Assembly: GCA_028716045.1 (NCBI GenBank)
Contig: JAQUQO010000001.1
Coordinates: forward strand, 64,942-128,941
DNA: 64,000 bases
DNA from: Patescibacteria group bacterium
GTDB taxonomy: Bacteria; Patescibacteriota; Patescibacteriia; JAQUQO01
Direction: 5' to 3'
Translations under genes and position numbers: made by a program
Notes under the pieces: generated by a model
Told to the model about the DNA's origin: nothing
Database searches by the model: none
What the model saw: only the letters and a program-made list of their open reading frames with translations
Part shown: one piece after another, positions 37,935 through 48,665 of the stretch
Position numbering within the stretch: position 1 is the first letter of the stretch
Layout of the letters: every line of letters begins with the position of its first letter

Positions 37935-40900
37935 ATGCAAAATTTCAATTCAAAATTTAAAATTCCGGCGTTAGTTTTGGCCTGTTTTGTTATTTTTAAT
38001 TTTGTGTTTGGGGCAGGGGTCGTTAAGGCGCAATTACCGGTAGTTGATGTAGGATTACAGGGCTGGGAGGCTTATAAAGCCGCGCAAGCCGTTCGTAAAG
38101 AGGGGGAATCAAAAATCGAAGCCGTTTTGGCCACGGCCGCCAAGGTTTCTATTAAAAACACTTTAAAATATTTCAGTCGCAAATTGGCGATGGACACCGC
38201 TACTTATTTAGCGAATAAAGCGGCCGGTCGGGAGAGTTTACTATTTGAAGAGGGGTTTGGCAATTATTTATTAAATACCACTGACGCCGCCGCCGGAGTA
38301 TTTTTGCAGAATTTAAGCGAGCAAAATGGTTTTGCCAAGTTTAATTTTTGTCAGCCGGATTTTGTTATCAGTTTATCTATTTCCCTGGGTTTACAACAGT
38401 ATCAGTATCCGGAGCCGCCAATCTGTACCATTTCAGAATTAGTTAAAAACTGGAAAGATTTTGTTAACAACCCCAGATTCATGGATCACTTTGTCCCTTA
38501 TTTTAGTCCGTATGAAAATGATTTAGGTGTTTCTCTCGGCCTGCAAACTAAGATGATTGAACTCATTTCCGAGCAGGAAAAATTAGCGATTTTAGAGCGT
38601 CTGCCGGAAAAGCCCATGGTGGATTTAACTGACCCGGTCACTAAAAAAATAAAAACTCCGGCTTCTTGGGGATGGGAATCAGTTAAAAGTGCAACGGGAT
38701 TAGCAGGCTCAGAAGTAATGACCTGGACGCTAGATCCCATAGCTGATGCCATAGATGCTTTTGGCAATACTTTTTTAGCCCAGTATTTGCAGTTAACTTT
38801 TCAGGGTCTTTTTTCTCCCAGCGATACCACTGGCGGACTTTATAATCGTTATTCTGGTAGTACGGGCAGAACCACCAAATCCGCGCAGGAATACTACGCC
38901 TCATTTATTGGCACTCCAAAATTAAAGTCCTCCGGCGAAGTTGACATCTATAAACTTATCGCTTGCCCGGAGAATGTTTCGGATGCCGAACAACAGAATT
39001 GCGTGGTTGACCAGCAGTTCTTCCAGGCCATCAGAGAGGGGAAAACAGTCGGAGAGGCCGTTAACGAAGGCCTGCTCCATGGCGATTATTTCTTCGGATA
39101 TAAAGATCCGGTGGGGGGTACGCAGACCGAACAGCCGGACTTGGAAAACGTTTATTCAATTGATAATATGCGCAAACTGCGCTCCATGCGGATTTTGCCG
39201 GTGGGCTGGGAACTGGCGGCGGAGGTTATAAAAAATGAAACAAAAAAACCTACCACTCTCAAGGAGGTAATAGATGGATTTAATAAATACGGAGATGATG
39301 ACGTTTGCGGAACTAGAAATCAATGTTTTATTGAGGCTACCGGTGCTCTGATAGGCAAAACATGTATTAGTGATAGCGATTGTGCTTTAAATGGAGTTAA
39401 GTGCGATATAGGCGAATCGCCATTTTGTAATTTAGTTGATTCCAACTGGGTGCTTAAGGCGCCTAAGCAACGTTGCGATGTTACGGCCTATGGCGCCACT
39501 ACGGTGTCGCAGAGTTCCGCCAGAGAAGAAATTTGCGTGGATACCAAGACCTGTTTGCGTGAAGACGAAAAGGGAAATTGTCTGGCCTGGGGTTATTGCG
39601 ACCGCGAGCGCAATATCTGGAGATTCGGCGGCACGGAATGCCCGGCTTATTATAATTCTTGTGAAGTCTTTACGGATACCGAGGGCGGTAGCGTGGCTTA
39701 TCTTGAAAACACCATTAACAAAGATATTTGCAACGCTTCCAACGCCGGTTGTTCGTGGTATTGCGATGTCGCCGATTCGCAAAGTTTATGGTCCTGCACA
39801 GTGAAAGACGCGGATTTGGGTTTAGCAAGCAATAAAAAATTATATTTCAATAAAGATGTTCAGAGTTGTGATAAATCTAGCGCCGGCTGTACGGAACTTA
39901 TCAGGCCGGCCGTCGGCACCGGCACCAATCTTTTGGTTAATGGAAGTTTTGAAAAATTCAACGGAGAAGTTGACGATGGCAAAAATGATCGAGTTCTGGA
40001 TTGGGAGGTCGTGGCCGGTGGTCCCTCGTCATTAAAAACAGAAATTATTTCAGAATCTTATCCGGGCGCAGGGTCATATTCTCTAAGGGTTACTAAAATT
40101 GGCTCTACGGGCTATCCATTGTCGCAGTCCGTGGGATATTTACGCGCCGGAGTTCCTTACATGATGAGCGGATGGTTTAAGGCCGATAGGGGAGTAAAAA
40201 TAAAAATTTTTGCCATATATAATGAATCCGGAAACTCCGGTCAAATAACGGAAGTGGAATCAGCGGAAGGTAATGGGGGGTGGCAGAACATTGAATCCGC
40301 GGAACCGTTTATTCTAACCAGAAACGGCCAAGTGGATTTTCGAGTAGCCTTTGTCAGCGGCGGCAGCTTTATTATAGACGCTCTTAAATTAGAAGAAGCG
40401 ACCAAAATTACGAATTATTCCGAATACGGTGCTGATAATCTGGTTTACATAAAGAAAGCTCCGGATTATTTAAAATGTGATACCAATCCGGATAATCCTC
40501 TTTGCGCTTCTTACGCTCCTTTTTGCCAGGCCGAGGAAGTCGGTTGTGAACTCTTTACTCCAACCAACGGCGACCCGGGCGTTCCCGGCATTGTTACTTC
40601 CAATGACCTTTGTCCGGCAAGCTGTATTGGTTATGATATGTTTTTGGAGCATCCCACGCAGTTTGACGTCGGAGCTTTTGACGGTTCAGAAGATTATTTT
40701 ATTCCTTCCACCGCCCGAGGATGTACCGCCGTGGGTTGTGAGGAATTTACCAATTTAGACACGGAAAAAATTGAATATTTTTCCGAACTGCGGCTTTGTG
40801 AAAAGCCGAACGGGGCTCTACCCGTATTTTATACTTGGGAGGGTTCAGACCAAACTGGCTATCAGCTCAAAGTTTGGAATTTAAAAGCGGCGTCGAGCGG

Positions 40901-43900
40901 TGCTCCGCTTTGCGTCGGGCGCAGTATTAATGATACTGATATTGATTGCGATTGCGAAGACGAATATGGGGAAAACCCCGATTGCCGGCAATTTTATGAC
41001 GTGAATGGAGGGGTGCATTACAGATATTATTCTAAAACCATCACGATTGCCGATGATTGCCATCCTTACAGGCAGACGCAGAGAATTTCCCAATTAGAAT
41101 GCGAGGCGTTAGGAGCTAATCTCACTGATTCGCCGATTTATTTTGATGCCAATACCCAGACCTGCGTTTATCATGGTTATCCGGCGGAGAGTGCGATATG
41201 TCCCGCCGCGGAAGACGGTTGTCGCGAATACAAAGGTAATTACGCTGAAAATATCGCAGTTATTTTCAATGATAATTTTGAAGCGGGGATACCGGCCGGC
41301 TGGGGAGCCAAGGGTGCGCGTTCGGTTTTAAGCGCTGATTCTCTGTCTGTGGGAGGACATTCTTTATTGGTATCCAACACTTCAACTGATGGTTTATATA
41401 AGGATATAACCGGGCAAATCGTAACCAATAAAGTTTATTCCTTATCTTTCTGGGCGAAAGGTAAGGGAACGGTGGAGGTAGGATTTTCCGATGAGATGGG
41501 CAGATTAGGTTCCAGTTCGTTTTTATTCGGCACGGCGGATTTGAAACCAGAATGGAAATTGTATTCTTTGGGGACAGTCATTTTCCCGGCACCGGAAGAG
41601 GGCAATAAATTTTATCTGATGTTTAAAGGTTTGCAATCCGGCGCGGATTATTATTTTGACAATATTATTTTGAAAGAAGTGCAGGAGAGATTACTCTTGG
41701 TGCAGGATTCGTGGAAAACTCCGGCGGAGTGCGATGCGGATAATAGTGGCAATTATTTACCGCGAGCGCAAGTCGGTTGTCAGGGTTATTTTGACCGTAA
41801 TGGCGTGGCTTATAATTTAAAATCTTTTGACAAACTTTGCCGCGAGTCAGCCGTGGGCTGCCATGAATTTATTGATACTAAAAATTCCGAGGCCGGATAC
41901 GCGGAGGTAAAAAACGCCGTTTGCTGGCGGCCGGAGAGTAATTTGTCTGGCGATTATCTTTGTCAGCGCGAAGGTAACAATGTCTGCACTATAGAAACTG
42001 GCAAGGTTTATTGCCGTTATGATATTGCCGACCCGGCTGACCCTTATGAAGGGCTGAAAACGAGTGATCGTTGCACCCTCGGGTCGGTCTGCACGCAATT
42101 AAACGGTTGTTCTTGTAAAAAAGGCGGTTCAAATGCAATAAGCTGTTGGGCAAACAAAGGTGAGACCACTTGTCTGCCTAAGGGCGACGCGGCCACAGTG
42201 GTGGTGCCGCGGGATAACTTCGTGTATCTGGCGGAAAATGAAAAATACTCTTGCAGTAAACAAGCCAGGGGCTGTAAAGAACTAGGCCAGCCGACAATTG
42301 ATATTGAGAATAAAATCGCCGGCTGGGAGTCCACTTATCTTAAAGATTTACCCGATAGTTACAATGCGACGTTGTGCGAGCCGCGGGCGGTGAATTGTAA
42401 AGAATACAAAGCGAAAGATAAATTATTATATTTTAAGGACCCGGGAGCTAAGCTGTGTGATTACCGCATAGATGAAAATGTCACAAACGAAAATGTCGCA
42501 GGGAAAATTCAAACCGGCTGGTTTAAGAAGGACACGCAAGAACCGTGTTTTGGCAATTATCAGTTGTTGAAAAATGCCGATTCCAAATATGATGGTTGGG
42601 CCGGTGTCTGCGCGGAAGAATACAGTGGCTGCGAAGAGTTTATTGACCCGGTGGCTACTACCCCGAGTCATCCGGAAGGCCAGCCGTATTATTATTTGGA
42701 TAATGACAAGCTGGACCGTTCTTCTTGCAACGGGCAAGTAAGCCTGCGAGATGGCTGTGTTCTCTTTAACGAAACCAGCAATCCTAATATCTACTGGAAT
42801 GCTCCGATGTCGTATAGAACCAGTGAGAAGAATAATAATAATCTTGTGAATCCGGTAAAATATTCAACGGATAATCGTTTTTGCGCGACGGCTAATCAAT
42901 CCGCTATTTTTGATGGTTTACCCTGTTCAAAAGATAGTGATTGTCAAAAACAACCGGGCACAACTTGCCAGATTATAGATTCATCAAATTCTTCAATTTG
43001 TCGCAGGAAATCCGATAAAACAGAAGGATATATTTGGTTTAAAAATAGCCAGTGTAATTCTGACAGCGATTGCCGTTCAGTCACCGGCGGATTTATTGAA
43101 GACAAATGTTTGAATTTTGAGCAAGATATAAAAAATCGTTCCGCCGCCAATACTATCCTTAAAGTTACTCGCGACCGCGAGTGCGCCGAGTGGATTGACT
43201 GCACTATTGGAGAGCGCATTAAGGACCCGACGCGCAATAACCAATACCGCAATGTTTGTTACGACATTGGCAGATGTATAGATTTGAAAGAAAACAACGG
43301 CGAGTGCGCCGAGTGGGCGCAGACAGAATGCGATACCGCAGCCGATTGTCTTGAGGGTCAAGAATGTAGTAATAGCCGATGCGCTTATCCCGAATTAACT
43401 AAAGAGGTTTATCAGCAGAGGAGCTTAACCTGGTCTTTAGCCAAGGATTTTTCCGGCTATGCCATCCCGGGTATGAAATCCGCCGAAGGTTTAGCCGAGG
43501 TTAAAAGTTCGGTAAAATATTGTGTGGCTGGCGGGATAAAGAAAATTGGCGAGCCGTGCGATGATAATAATGATTGTGGTGGCGAATATGAAAATATGAG
43601 TGTTTCCGGACAATGCGAAAGTAAATATTATTTAGCAAATTATAATGACAAAATTTTAAATGAATCATGTGAAGGGCTGGAAACTTTGAATGCCAGTTAT
43701 CAACTAGTTGAAGGTGAGGACTTTGCCACAGCATGTGTTATAGATAAATCCTGCCGCTCCTATCCAGATTCATCTTCACCGTTTGATTATAAATTTAAAT
43801 CTACCGATTCCGACGCCGCGCGCTGCGCCGAGAGTTCCATTACTAAAGCCGGATTAACTTTTAATACTTGTGATTGCAGTTATCAGGTAGCCAATGCTTC

Positions 43901-45842
43901 TGGTAAAAAGTTGTATTATCCGACCGGTTTTCAAATACCGGCTTATGTTTGTTCTGTTAGCGGTCAGGCTTGTGACCCAAGAAGTGAAGAAATTATTTGT
44001 CCCGTTGGCGAAGAATGCGTAAAAGTAAAAGACAATTCTCTCAAGCTTGGCTGGAAGGGGTATTGTCTTGAATATGACAATAAAAAGCCCGGGCGTTGTT
44101 TGACTTGGTATCCGATTGATGTGGTTGAAGGGGAGGCGAATCTATTCAGCTACAATCCCGCCGCTACTTACACCCATAGCGGACCGGAGTATTATTGTGA
44201 ATCGTCAGATTTTAGTTTTGCGTGGGGAGATAAAGCTACGCCTTCCGAAGCTACTGTCGGATTACCGAAAGAGTGTGAAAATAAAGATGATATTAATGAT
44301 AGATTATTTGATTGGCCAGAGTATGCATATGACACCACTAGGATTTACGACGAGCTTTGGGGGATTGATAGCGGTTCAATTTCGGGGATGTGGGTAGAAT
44401 TACCAAGACATTTATTAGGTTTATATATAGTAGATGCTGAGGCGGGCGGTGGGTCTTCTACTAAAATTTTATATAAAGGAGACCAACCCAAGTTATACAA
44501 AGATCAAATCGCCAGTATAAATATTTTTATTTCTTCTTCAAGTCACACCAGCACAGGAGCTATGGATTTTAAAGAGGAAGATTTTGATGTCTGCGGAGAA
44601 TATCTAGAGTGTTTAAATGGGACTGATTATGATGACAAGAAAGGGTTTGAAGCTAATAACGGCGATTGTATGGATTTAGCTAGCGAGACAGATTTTGGAA
44701 CATACGGGATAGCCGTCGCTGTTAAAAATGTATTATCGGACGAAAATTCATGGACATATGACATCAGTAATGATCAGGGTTCAGTAAGAATCTACGCTGA
44801 TTTTGCTAATGATAGTTCGTTAAGCAGTTTAACCGTAGAAGCTTATGATAAAGATGGGGTAGGAGCTTTCATAATAGCTGGATATGAGATTAAGTTTCGT
44901 GGTGGGTGCTCAGTTCTTGGGAGGGTGGCAGAGAATGGTAAAAATTATGCTTTTACTAATAACGTAAATGCCAAAGTTAAACTCTCTGATTTACTAGATT
45001 TTAAACAAGATCTTGATATTGACTATCTTTCTAACTGGCAGCCTTGGGGTGGGACGAACGCCTATACTAAGCCGATACATAATAGTGAACATCCTCCGCT
45101 TAACACTTATGTTATTAAAAAAACAGACACTAATTGCGAGTATTGTGGTGCTTTATACAACGATGTATCGATGAAAGAATCACGGCTTTCAAGAGATGGT
45201 GAGGGTATTAATTATGAAAGTTCCTTATTTTGGTTATTTGCGCGGATTTTTGAGCAGTGGAAATTTTCCGATGACAATTTTACTTATAATAAGCCAGTTT
45301 TAAAAGAGTTAGACACGGTTTTACCGATCGGTCAACCAAAGATTACCGGAGTAAAGGTTAATGATGTGAGTGGCAGTCAATCAAAAGTTGAAGTGAATGA
45401 GTTCGGCAAGGTTAGTTTGTCTTTCTATGTATTTGACCCAACCGGCAGAGGTCAGTTGCCGATCCGCGATATTAAAGTTGACTGGGGTGATGAAAGTATT
45501 CAAGAAGTAACCAGTAGTTTTGGTAATTACGCTGACCCTGATGAAGTGGATATATTGGAAAATAAATTTGTTTGCGATTCTTCCAATTGGGGACGTTTTC
45601 CAGAACGTTGTACTAATGAACCGTTGGAATTTTTCCATATTTACCGCGCCAAAGGCATAGTTGATGAGGGAAAACCGTTATGTGATGAAGACCCTGATGA
45701 TGTTAATTGCCGTCTTTGCGAAATTAAAATATCAGCTAAAGATAATATGGCCGACTTGGCGGAATTTCAAAACGATGTCACTCCTCGAGAAACAAAAGTG
45801 ACAGCGGAAACCATGGTCCGGGTTTGTAAAAAATCCAAATAG
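37935..45842 (+). CDS. Giant (2635 aa) secreted cysteine-rich protein with two CBM4/9-like jelly-roll modules
   Basis: A signal peptide and a 7.9-kb uninterrupted ORF. Two segments of about 150 aa (LLVNGSFEKFNGE...IIDALKLEEA at about 39.9-40.4 kb; FEAGIPAGWGA...YFDNIILKEV at about 41.3-41.7 kb) are typical of carbohydrate-binding jelly rolls. Dozens of Cys pairs occur throughout. It lies immediately upstream of the T4SS-like module. Confidence 0.8.
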   Translation: MQNFNSKFKIPALVLACFVIFNFVFGAGVVKAQLPVVDVGLQGWEAYKAAQAVRKEGESKIEAVLATAAKVSIKNTLKYFSRKLAMDTATYLANKAAGRESLLFEEGFGNYLLNTTDAAAGVFLQNLSEQNGFAKFNFCQPDFVISLSISLGLQQYQYPEPPICTISELVKNWKDFVNNPRFMDHFVPYFSPYENDLGVSLGLQTKMIELISEQEKLAILERLPEKPMVDLTDPVTKKIKTPASWGWESVKSATGLAGSEVMTWTLDPIADAIDAFGNTFLAQYLQLTFQGLFSPSDTTGGLYNRYSGSTGRTTKSAQEYYASFIGTPKLKSSGEVDIYKLIACPENVSDAEQQNCVVDQQFFQAIREGKTVGEAVNEGLLHGDYFFGYKDPVGGTQTEQPDLENVYSIDNMRKLRSMRILPVGWELAAEVIKNETKKPTTLKEVIDGFNKYGDDDVCGTRNQCFIEATGALIGKTCISDSDCALNGVKCDIGESPFCNLVDSNWVLKAPKQRCDVTAYGATTVSQSSAREEICVDTKTCLREDEKGNCLAWGYCDRERNIWRFGGTECPAYYNSCEVFTDTEGGSVAYLENTINKDICNASNAGCSWYCDVADSQSLWSCTVKDADLGLASNKKLYFNKDVQSCDKSSAGCTELIRPAVGTGTNLLVNGSFEKFNGEVDDGKNDRVLDWEVVAGGPSSLKTEIISESYPGAGSYSLRVTKIGSTGYPLSQSVGYLRAGVPYMMSGWFKADRGVKIKIFAIYNESGNSGQITEVESAEGNGGWQNIESAEPFILTRNGQVDFRVAFVSGGSFIIDALKLEEATKITNYSEYGADNLVYIKKAPDYLKCDTNPDNPLCASYAPFCQAEEVGCELFTPTNGDPGVPGIVTSNDLCPASCIGYDMFLEHPTQFDVGAFDGSEDYFIPSTARGCTAVGCEEFTNLDTEKIEYFSELRLCEKPNGALPVFYTWEGSDQTGYQLKVWNLKAASSGAPLCVGRSINDTDIDCDCEDEYGENPDCRQFYDVNGGVHYRYYSKTITIADDCHPYRQTQRISQLECEALGANLTDSPIYFDANTQTCVYHGYPAESAICPAAEDGCREYKGNYAENIAVIFNDNFEAGIPAGWGAKGARSVLSADSLSVGGHSLLVSNTSTDGLYKDITGQIVTNKVYSLSFWAKGKGTVEVGFSDEMGRLGSSSFLFGTADLKPEWKLYSLGTVIFPAPEEGNKFYLMFKGLQSGADYYFDNIILKEVQERLLLVQDSWKTPAECDADNSGNYLPRAQVGCQGYFDRNGVAYNLKSFDKLCRESAVGCHEFIDTKNSEAGYAEVKNAVCWRPESNLSGDYLCQREGNNVCTIETGKVYCRYDIADPADPYEGLKTSDRCTLGSVCTQLNGCSCKKGGSNAISCWANKGETTCLPKGDAATVVVPRDNFVYLAENEKYSCSKQARGCKELGQPTIDIENKIAGWESTYLKDLPDSYNATLCEPRAVNCKEYKAKDKLLYFKDPGAKLCDYRIDENVTNENVAGKIQTGWFKKDTQEPCFGNYQLLKNADSKYDGWAGVCAEEYSGCEEFIDPVATTPSHPEGQPYYYLDNDKLDRSSCNGQVSLRDGCVLFNETSNPNIYWNAPMSYRTSEKNNNNLVNPVKYSTDNRFCATANQSAIFDGLPCSKDSDCQKQPGTTCQIIDSSNSSICRRKSDKTEGYIWFKNSQCNSDSDCRSVTGGFIEDKCLNFEQDIKNRSAANTILKVTRDRECAEWIDCTIGERIKDPTRNNQYRNVCYDIGRCIDLKENNGECAEWAQTECDTAADCLEGQECSNSRCAYPELTKEVYQQRSLTWSLAKDFSGYAIPGMKSAEGLAEVKSSVKYCVAGGIKKIGEPCDDNNDCGGEYENMSVSGQCESKYYLANYNDKILNESCEGLETLNASYQLVEGEDFATACVIDKSCRSYPDSSSPFDYKFKSTDSDAARCAESSITKAGLTFNTCDCSYQVANASGKKLYYPTGFQIPAYVCSVSGQACDPRSEEIICPVGEECVKVKDNSLKLGWKGYCLEYDNKKPGRCLTWYPIDVVEGEANLFSYNPAATYTHSGPEYYCESSDFSFAWGDKATPSEATVGLPKECENKDDINDRLFDWPEYAYDTTRIYDELWGIDSGSISGMWVELPRHLLGLYIVDAEAGGGSSTKILYKGDQPKLYKDQIASINIFISSSSHTSTGAMDFKEEDFDVCGEYLECLNGTDYDDKKGFEANNGDCMDLASETDFGTYGIAVAVKNVLSDENSWTYDISNDQGSVRIYADFANDSSLSSLTVEAYDKDGVGAFIIAGYEIKFRGGCSVLGRVAENGKNYAFTNNVNAKVKLSDLLDFKQDLDIDYLSNWQPWGGTNAYTKPIHNSEHPPLNTYVIKKTDTNCEYCGALYNDVSMKESRLSRDGEGINYESSLFWLFARIFEQWKFSDDNFTYNKPVLKELDTVLPIGQPKITGVKVNDVSGSQSKVEVNEFGKVSLSFYVFDPTGRGQLPIRDIKVDWGDESIQEVTSSFGNYADPDEVDILENKFVCDSSNWGRFPERCTNEPLEFFHIYRAKGIVDEGKPLCDEDPDDVNCRLCEIKISAKDNMADLAEFQNDVTPRETKVTAETMVRVCKKSK

Positions 45843-45910
45843 AATAGCGAATAAAAATAAATAAAAGCCAGTCGGTTACACGTTCAAAACTAAAAGTTAT
45901 AAGCCCAAGA

Positions 45911-48661
45911 ATGTTTAAACAACATAAAAAACTCATTCTATCCTTAATCTTGTCCGCGACGATAATTATCGCGGGCGGTTTTCTTATCGGAAATTTTGTT
46001 CACGCGGAAGACCCAGCGGCCACCATAAAAGACAGCTCCACTGCCACGATTCTTCGACTCACCCTCGGTTACATAGTGGAACTTTTTATTTTTCTTGGCG
46101 GTCAGCTTTTAGTTTTACTTCTGAAAGTTTTAAAACTTTTGGCCGGTTATAATGATTTTATTCGCGCCGAACCGGTCCAGTTGGGTTGGGTGGTTATCCG
46201 CGATTTAAGCAACATGTTTTTTATTCTCATCTTGCTGGTTATCGCTTTTGCCACCATCCTGCGGGTGGAATCTTATCAATATAAGAAACTTCTGCCTCGC
46301 CTTCTCATCATGGCGATACTCATAAATTTTTCCAAAACCATCTGCGGATTGTTTATAGATTTTGGGCAGGTGATAATGCTCACTTTTGTCAATGGGTTCG
46401 CGGCGGCTACGGATGTCAATCTTACTGTTGGCTTAGGTATTGATAAAATATTATCCCTGCCGAAAGATTCCTCGGCCACGGTTAATGCTTTAACTATAGT
46501 GGCGGCGTATCTCTTAGCTTTGATTTATATTGTAGTCACTGTTATAACCGTCGCCATTATTTGCTTTACGCTGGCCTATCGCATCGTGATGCTTTGGATT
46601 TTAGTGGTGCTTTCCCCTCTGACTTTTTTATTAAGCGCTTTTCCGCAGGGGCAGAAATTCGCTTCGCAATGGTGGGATGAATTTTCCAAGACCATTGTCA
46701 TCGGTCCGATTTTAGCTTTCTTTTTATGGCTATCTTTGGCGGCCATGCAACCAGCGGCGGATAATCCCAGAAACTCCAGTTTAACCAGGACATTAACCAC
46801 CGAGCAAGAAGAGGATGTGGGAGAAACGGCAACTGGGGACACCGTTTCGCGAGCCATTAGCCAAGCTGACGACTTGAGTGTTTTTGCCACCTTTATTGTG
46901 GGTATCGCTTTAATGTGGGGTGGTATTTATATGTCGCAGAGAATCGGAGGTGAAGTTGGTAGTTTTGCCTCTGGTAAGGCCAGGCAATGGTCGGTGGGTG
47001 CGGCTAGAGGAGCAGCAGGCGCGGCTAAATGGGCCGGCGGTAAATTATGGGGTGGGACGAAAGTTGGAGCAGGCGCACTTGATAGATTGCAAGGGGGCGT
47101 AACGGGCATACAATTCTCTAAAATTCCCGAAAGAATTAAAGCCGGGTTTGCTACCAAAAAAGAAATGGAGGAAAAAGAGATTGCCAAGAAGGCCTTGGCA
47201 ATTCAGCGCCGGGGAGCCGGAGCTGGTTGGTTGCCGGCGTATATGGCGTTTGCCACTCCGGACAAAGCTATTATGGAATATGGTGGTGTGAAGGGAAGAT
47301 TAAAGGCGGCTAATCAAACTCGCCGCATTTTACCGGGGTTGGAGAGTTATAGACAGAAAAAACAGGAAGCGGATATTAAGAGAGCTGATTATAAAAAATT
47401 AGAGGGCGAAAATAAAACGTTGACTGATAAAATAGAAAAACAAGCTGATTTAGAAAAAGAACAGAAGATTTCAGCTGAGAATTTTGGTAGGTTCGGTACT
47501 TCCACCGTGATGTTAGACAAAGTAGGAGACAGAGATATTATTGAAAAATTAGAAGAAGAAAGGGAGCGATTAAGGATACAAGCCGGTGTTCCCGGCGCAA
47601 GCGGAAAAGATAAAAAAGAATTTGAGTATTTAGACGCGATTTTAAGCACTCCCGAAGTTAAACTTTCCGCTTCGGAGTTTAATAAATATGTCGGCAATAA
47701 AAATCCTCTCGCTTTTGAAAATGAAAGGAGTAGGGTGAAAAAAGAAAAAGACAAAGCAGAGGAAAGGTTAAACAGATTTATCGCTAATAATCCCGGATTC
47801 ACAAGAGGAGAAGCAGAAAATACAATAAAAACTAACCAAAACGTAATAGGAAATATTAAAGAAGATGTGAGAAGGATAGAATCGGAATATCTGCCTAATA
47901 TTCCCAAGCATTTAGTGTTTGATGTGGAGGCCAAAAAGGCCGAAGCCGAAGCGCTTAAAAATATTCCGTCCACCGCTGGCTTTCCGGATTTAATGAGAGC
48001 TCTGAAAAAGGCTTTGGCGGATGGTGATGCCTCTACCGCCAACGTTATTTCTAAAAAATTGAGTGAAAATGGGCAGATGGGCGATATGTTGAAAGAAATG
48101 GGTAAAACAGAAGATATAGCTGGTTTTAAGGAGTTTGTTGATAAGGAGCTTTTAAAGGTTAATAAGGACGATAAAAATGCTGCTTATAGTGTTGGCAGTG
48201 AAATGAGCTTGTATGCGGAAAAATCCGGTGACGCCGTTTATGGCGGCATATTTAGAGCAGATCCATCAACCGGTAAGGTTGATGCCGTCAGTGATAATGA
48301 GGCGGTTGATATTATAGCCAAAAGAATATCCAGTAAAGACGCTTCCCAAGCCGTTAAAGTTAAAATATCTTCTTATGTTAAAACGGATATTTTAGGGAAA
48401 AAGAGTTTAACTCCTTTGGGAGCGACAGTGGTTTCTACTTTTGCTCCCGATTTTGAAAAAATGATTTCTAAAGGAACTTTTCCTCCGGCTTTACAAAAAG
48501 CCTTGAGAGATGTTAAGGGCAGTATTGAAAAAATTGTTGGAGTTGGCACATTAACTAAAGAATTGGCCGATAAAATAACCGCGGTGGGTTATGCCACCGG
48601 AGAAGAAGAAATACCGCCTAAAGCTGCGGATTTAATCGCAAAATTGACGGGAGGCCCGTAA
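45911..48661 (+). CDS. Polytopic membrane protein, VirB6/TrbL-like, with about 600-aa charged coiled-coil C-terminal extension
   Basis: A signal or first TM helix, then about 6 TM helices within res 40-290. The remainder is Lys/Glu-rich and predicted helical. Its position at the head of the PrgI-VirB4 block fits VirB6-like, but the topology is only eyeballed. Confidence 0.5.
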   Translation: MFKQHKKLILSLILSATIIIAGGFLIGNFVHAEDPAATIKDSSTATILRLTLGYIVELFIFLGGQLLVLLLKVLKLLAGYNDFIRAEPVQLGWVVIRDLSNMFFILILLVIAFATILRVESYQYKKLLPRLLIMAILINFSKTICGLFIDFGQVIMLTFVNGFAAATDVNLTVGLGIDKILSLPKDSSATVNALTIVAAYLLALIYIVVTVITVAIICFTLAYRIVMLWILVVLSPLTFLLSAFPQGQKFASQWWDEFSKTIVIGPILAFFLWLSLAAMQPAADNPRNSSLTRTLTTEQEEDVGETATGDTVSRAISQADDLSVFATFIVGIALMWGGIYMSQRIGGEVGSFASGKARQWSVGAARGAAGAAKWAGGKLWGGTKVGAGALDRLQGGVTGIQFSKIPERIKAGFATKKEMEEKEIAKKALAIQRRGAGAGWLPAYMAFATPDKAIMEYGGVKGRLKAANQTRRILPGLESYRQKKQEADIKRADYKKLEGENKTLTDKIEKQADLEKEQKISAENFGRFGTSTVMLDKVGDRDIIEKLEEERERLRIQAGVPGASGKDKKEFEYLDAILSTPEVKLSASEFNKYVGNKNPLAFENERSRVKKEKDKAEERLNRFIANNPGFTRGEAENTIKTNQNVIGNIKEDVRRIESEYLPNIPKHLVFDVEAKKAEAEALKNIPSTAGFPDLMRALKKALADGDASTANVISKKLSENGQMGDMLKEMGKTEDIAGFKEFVDKELLKVNKDDKNAAYSVGSEMSLYAEKSGDAVYGGIFRADPSTGKVDAVSDNEAVDIIAKRISSKDASQAVKVKISSYVKTDILGKKSLTPLGATVVSTFAPDFEKMISKGTFPPALQKALRDVKGSIEKIVGVGTLTKELADKITAVGYATGEEEIPPKAADLIAKLTGGP

Positions 48662-48665
48662 ATTT

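Noticed and set aside
47389-48042. 217-aa minus-strand ORF within the VirB6-like gene
   Set aside because: It is antisense to the coiled-coil tail, and its Ser/Leu/Phe-rich translation is typical of the reverse of a K/E-rich coding region.
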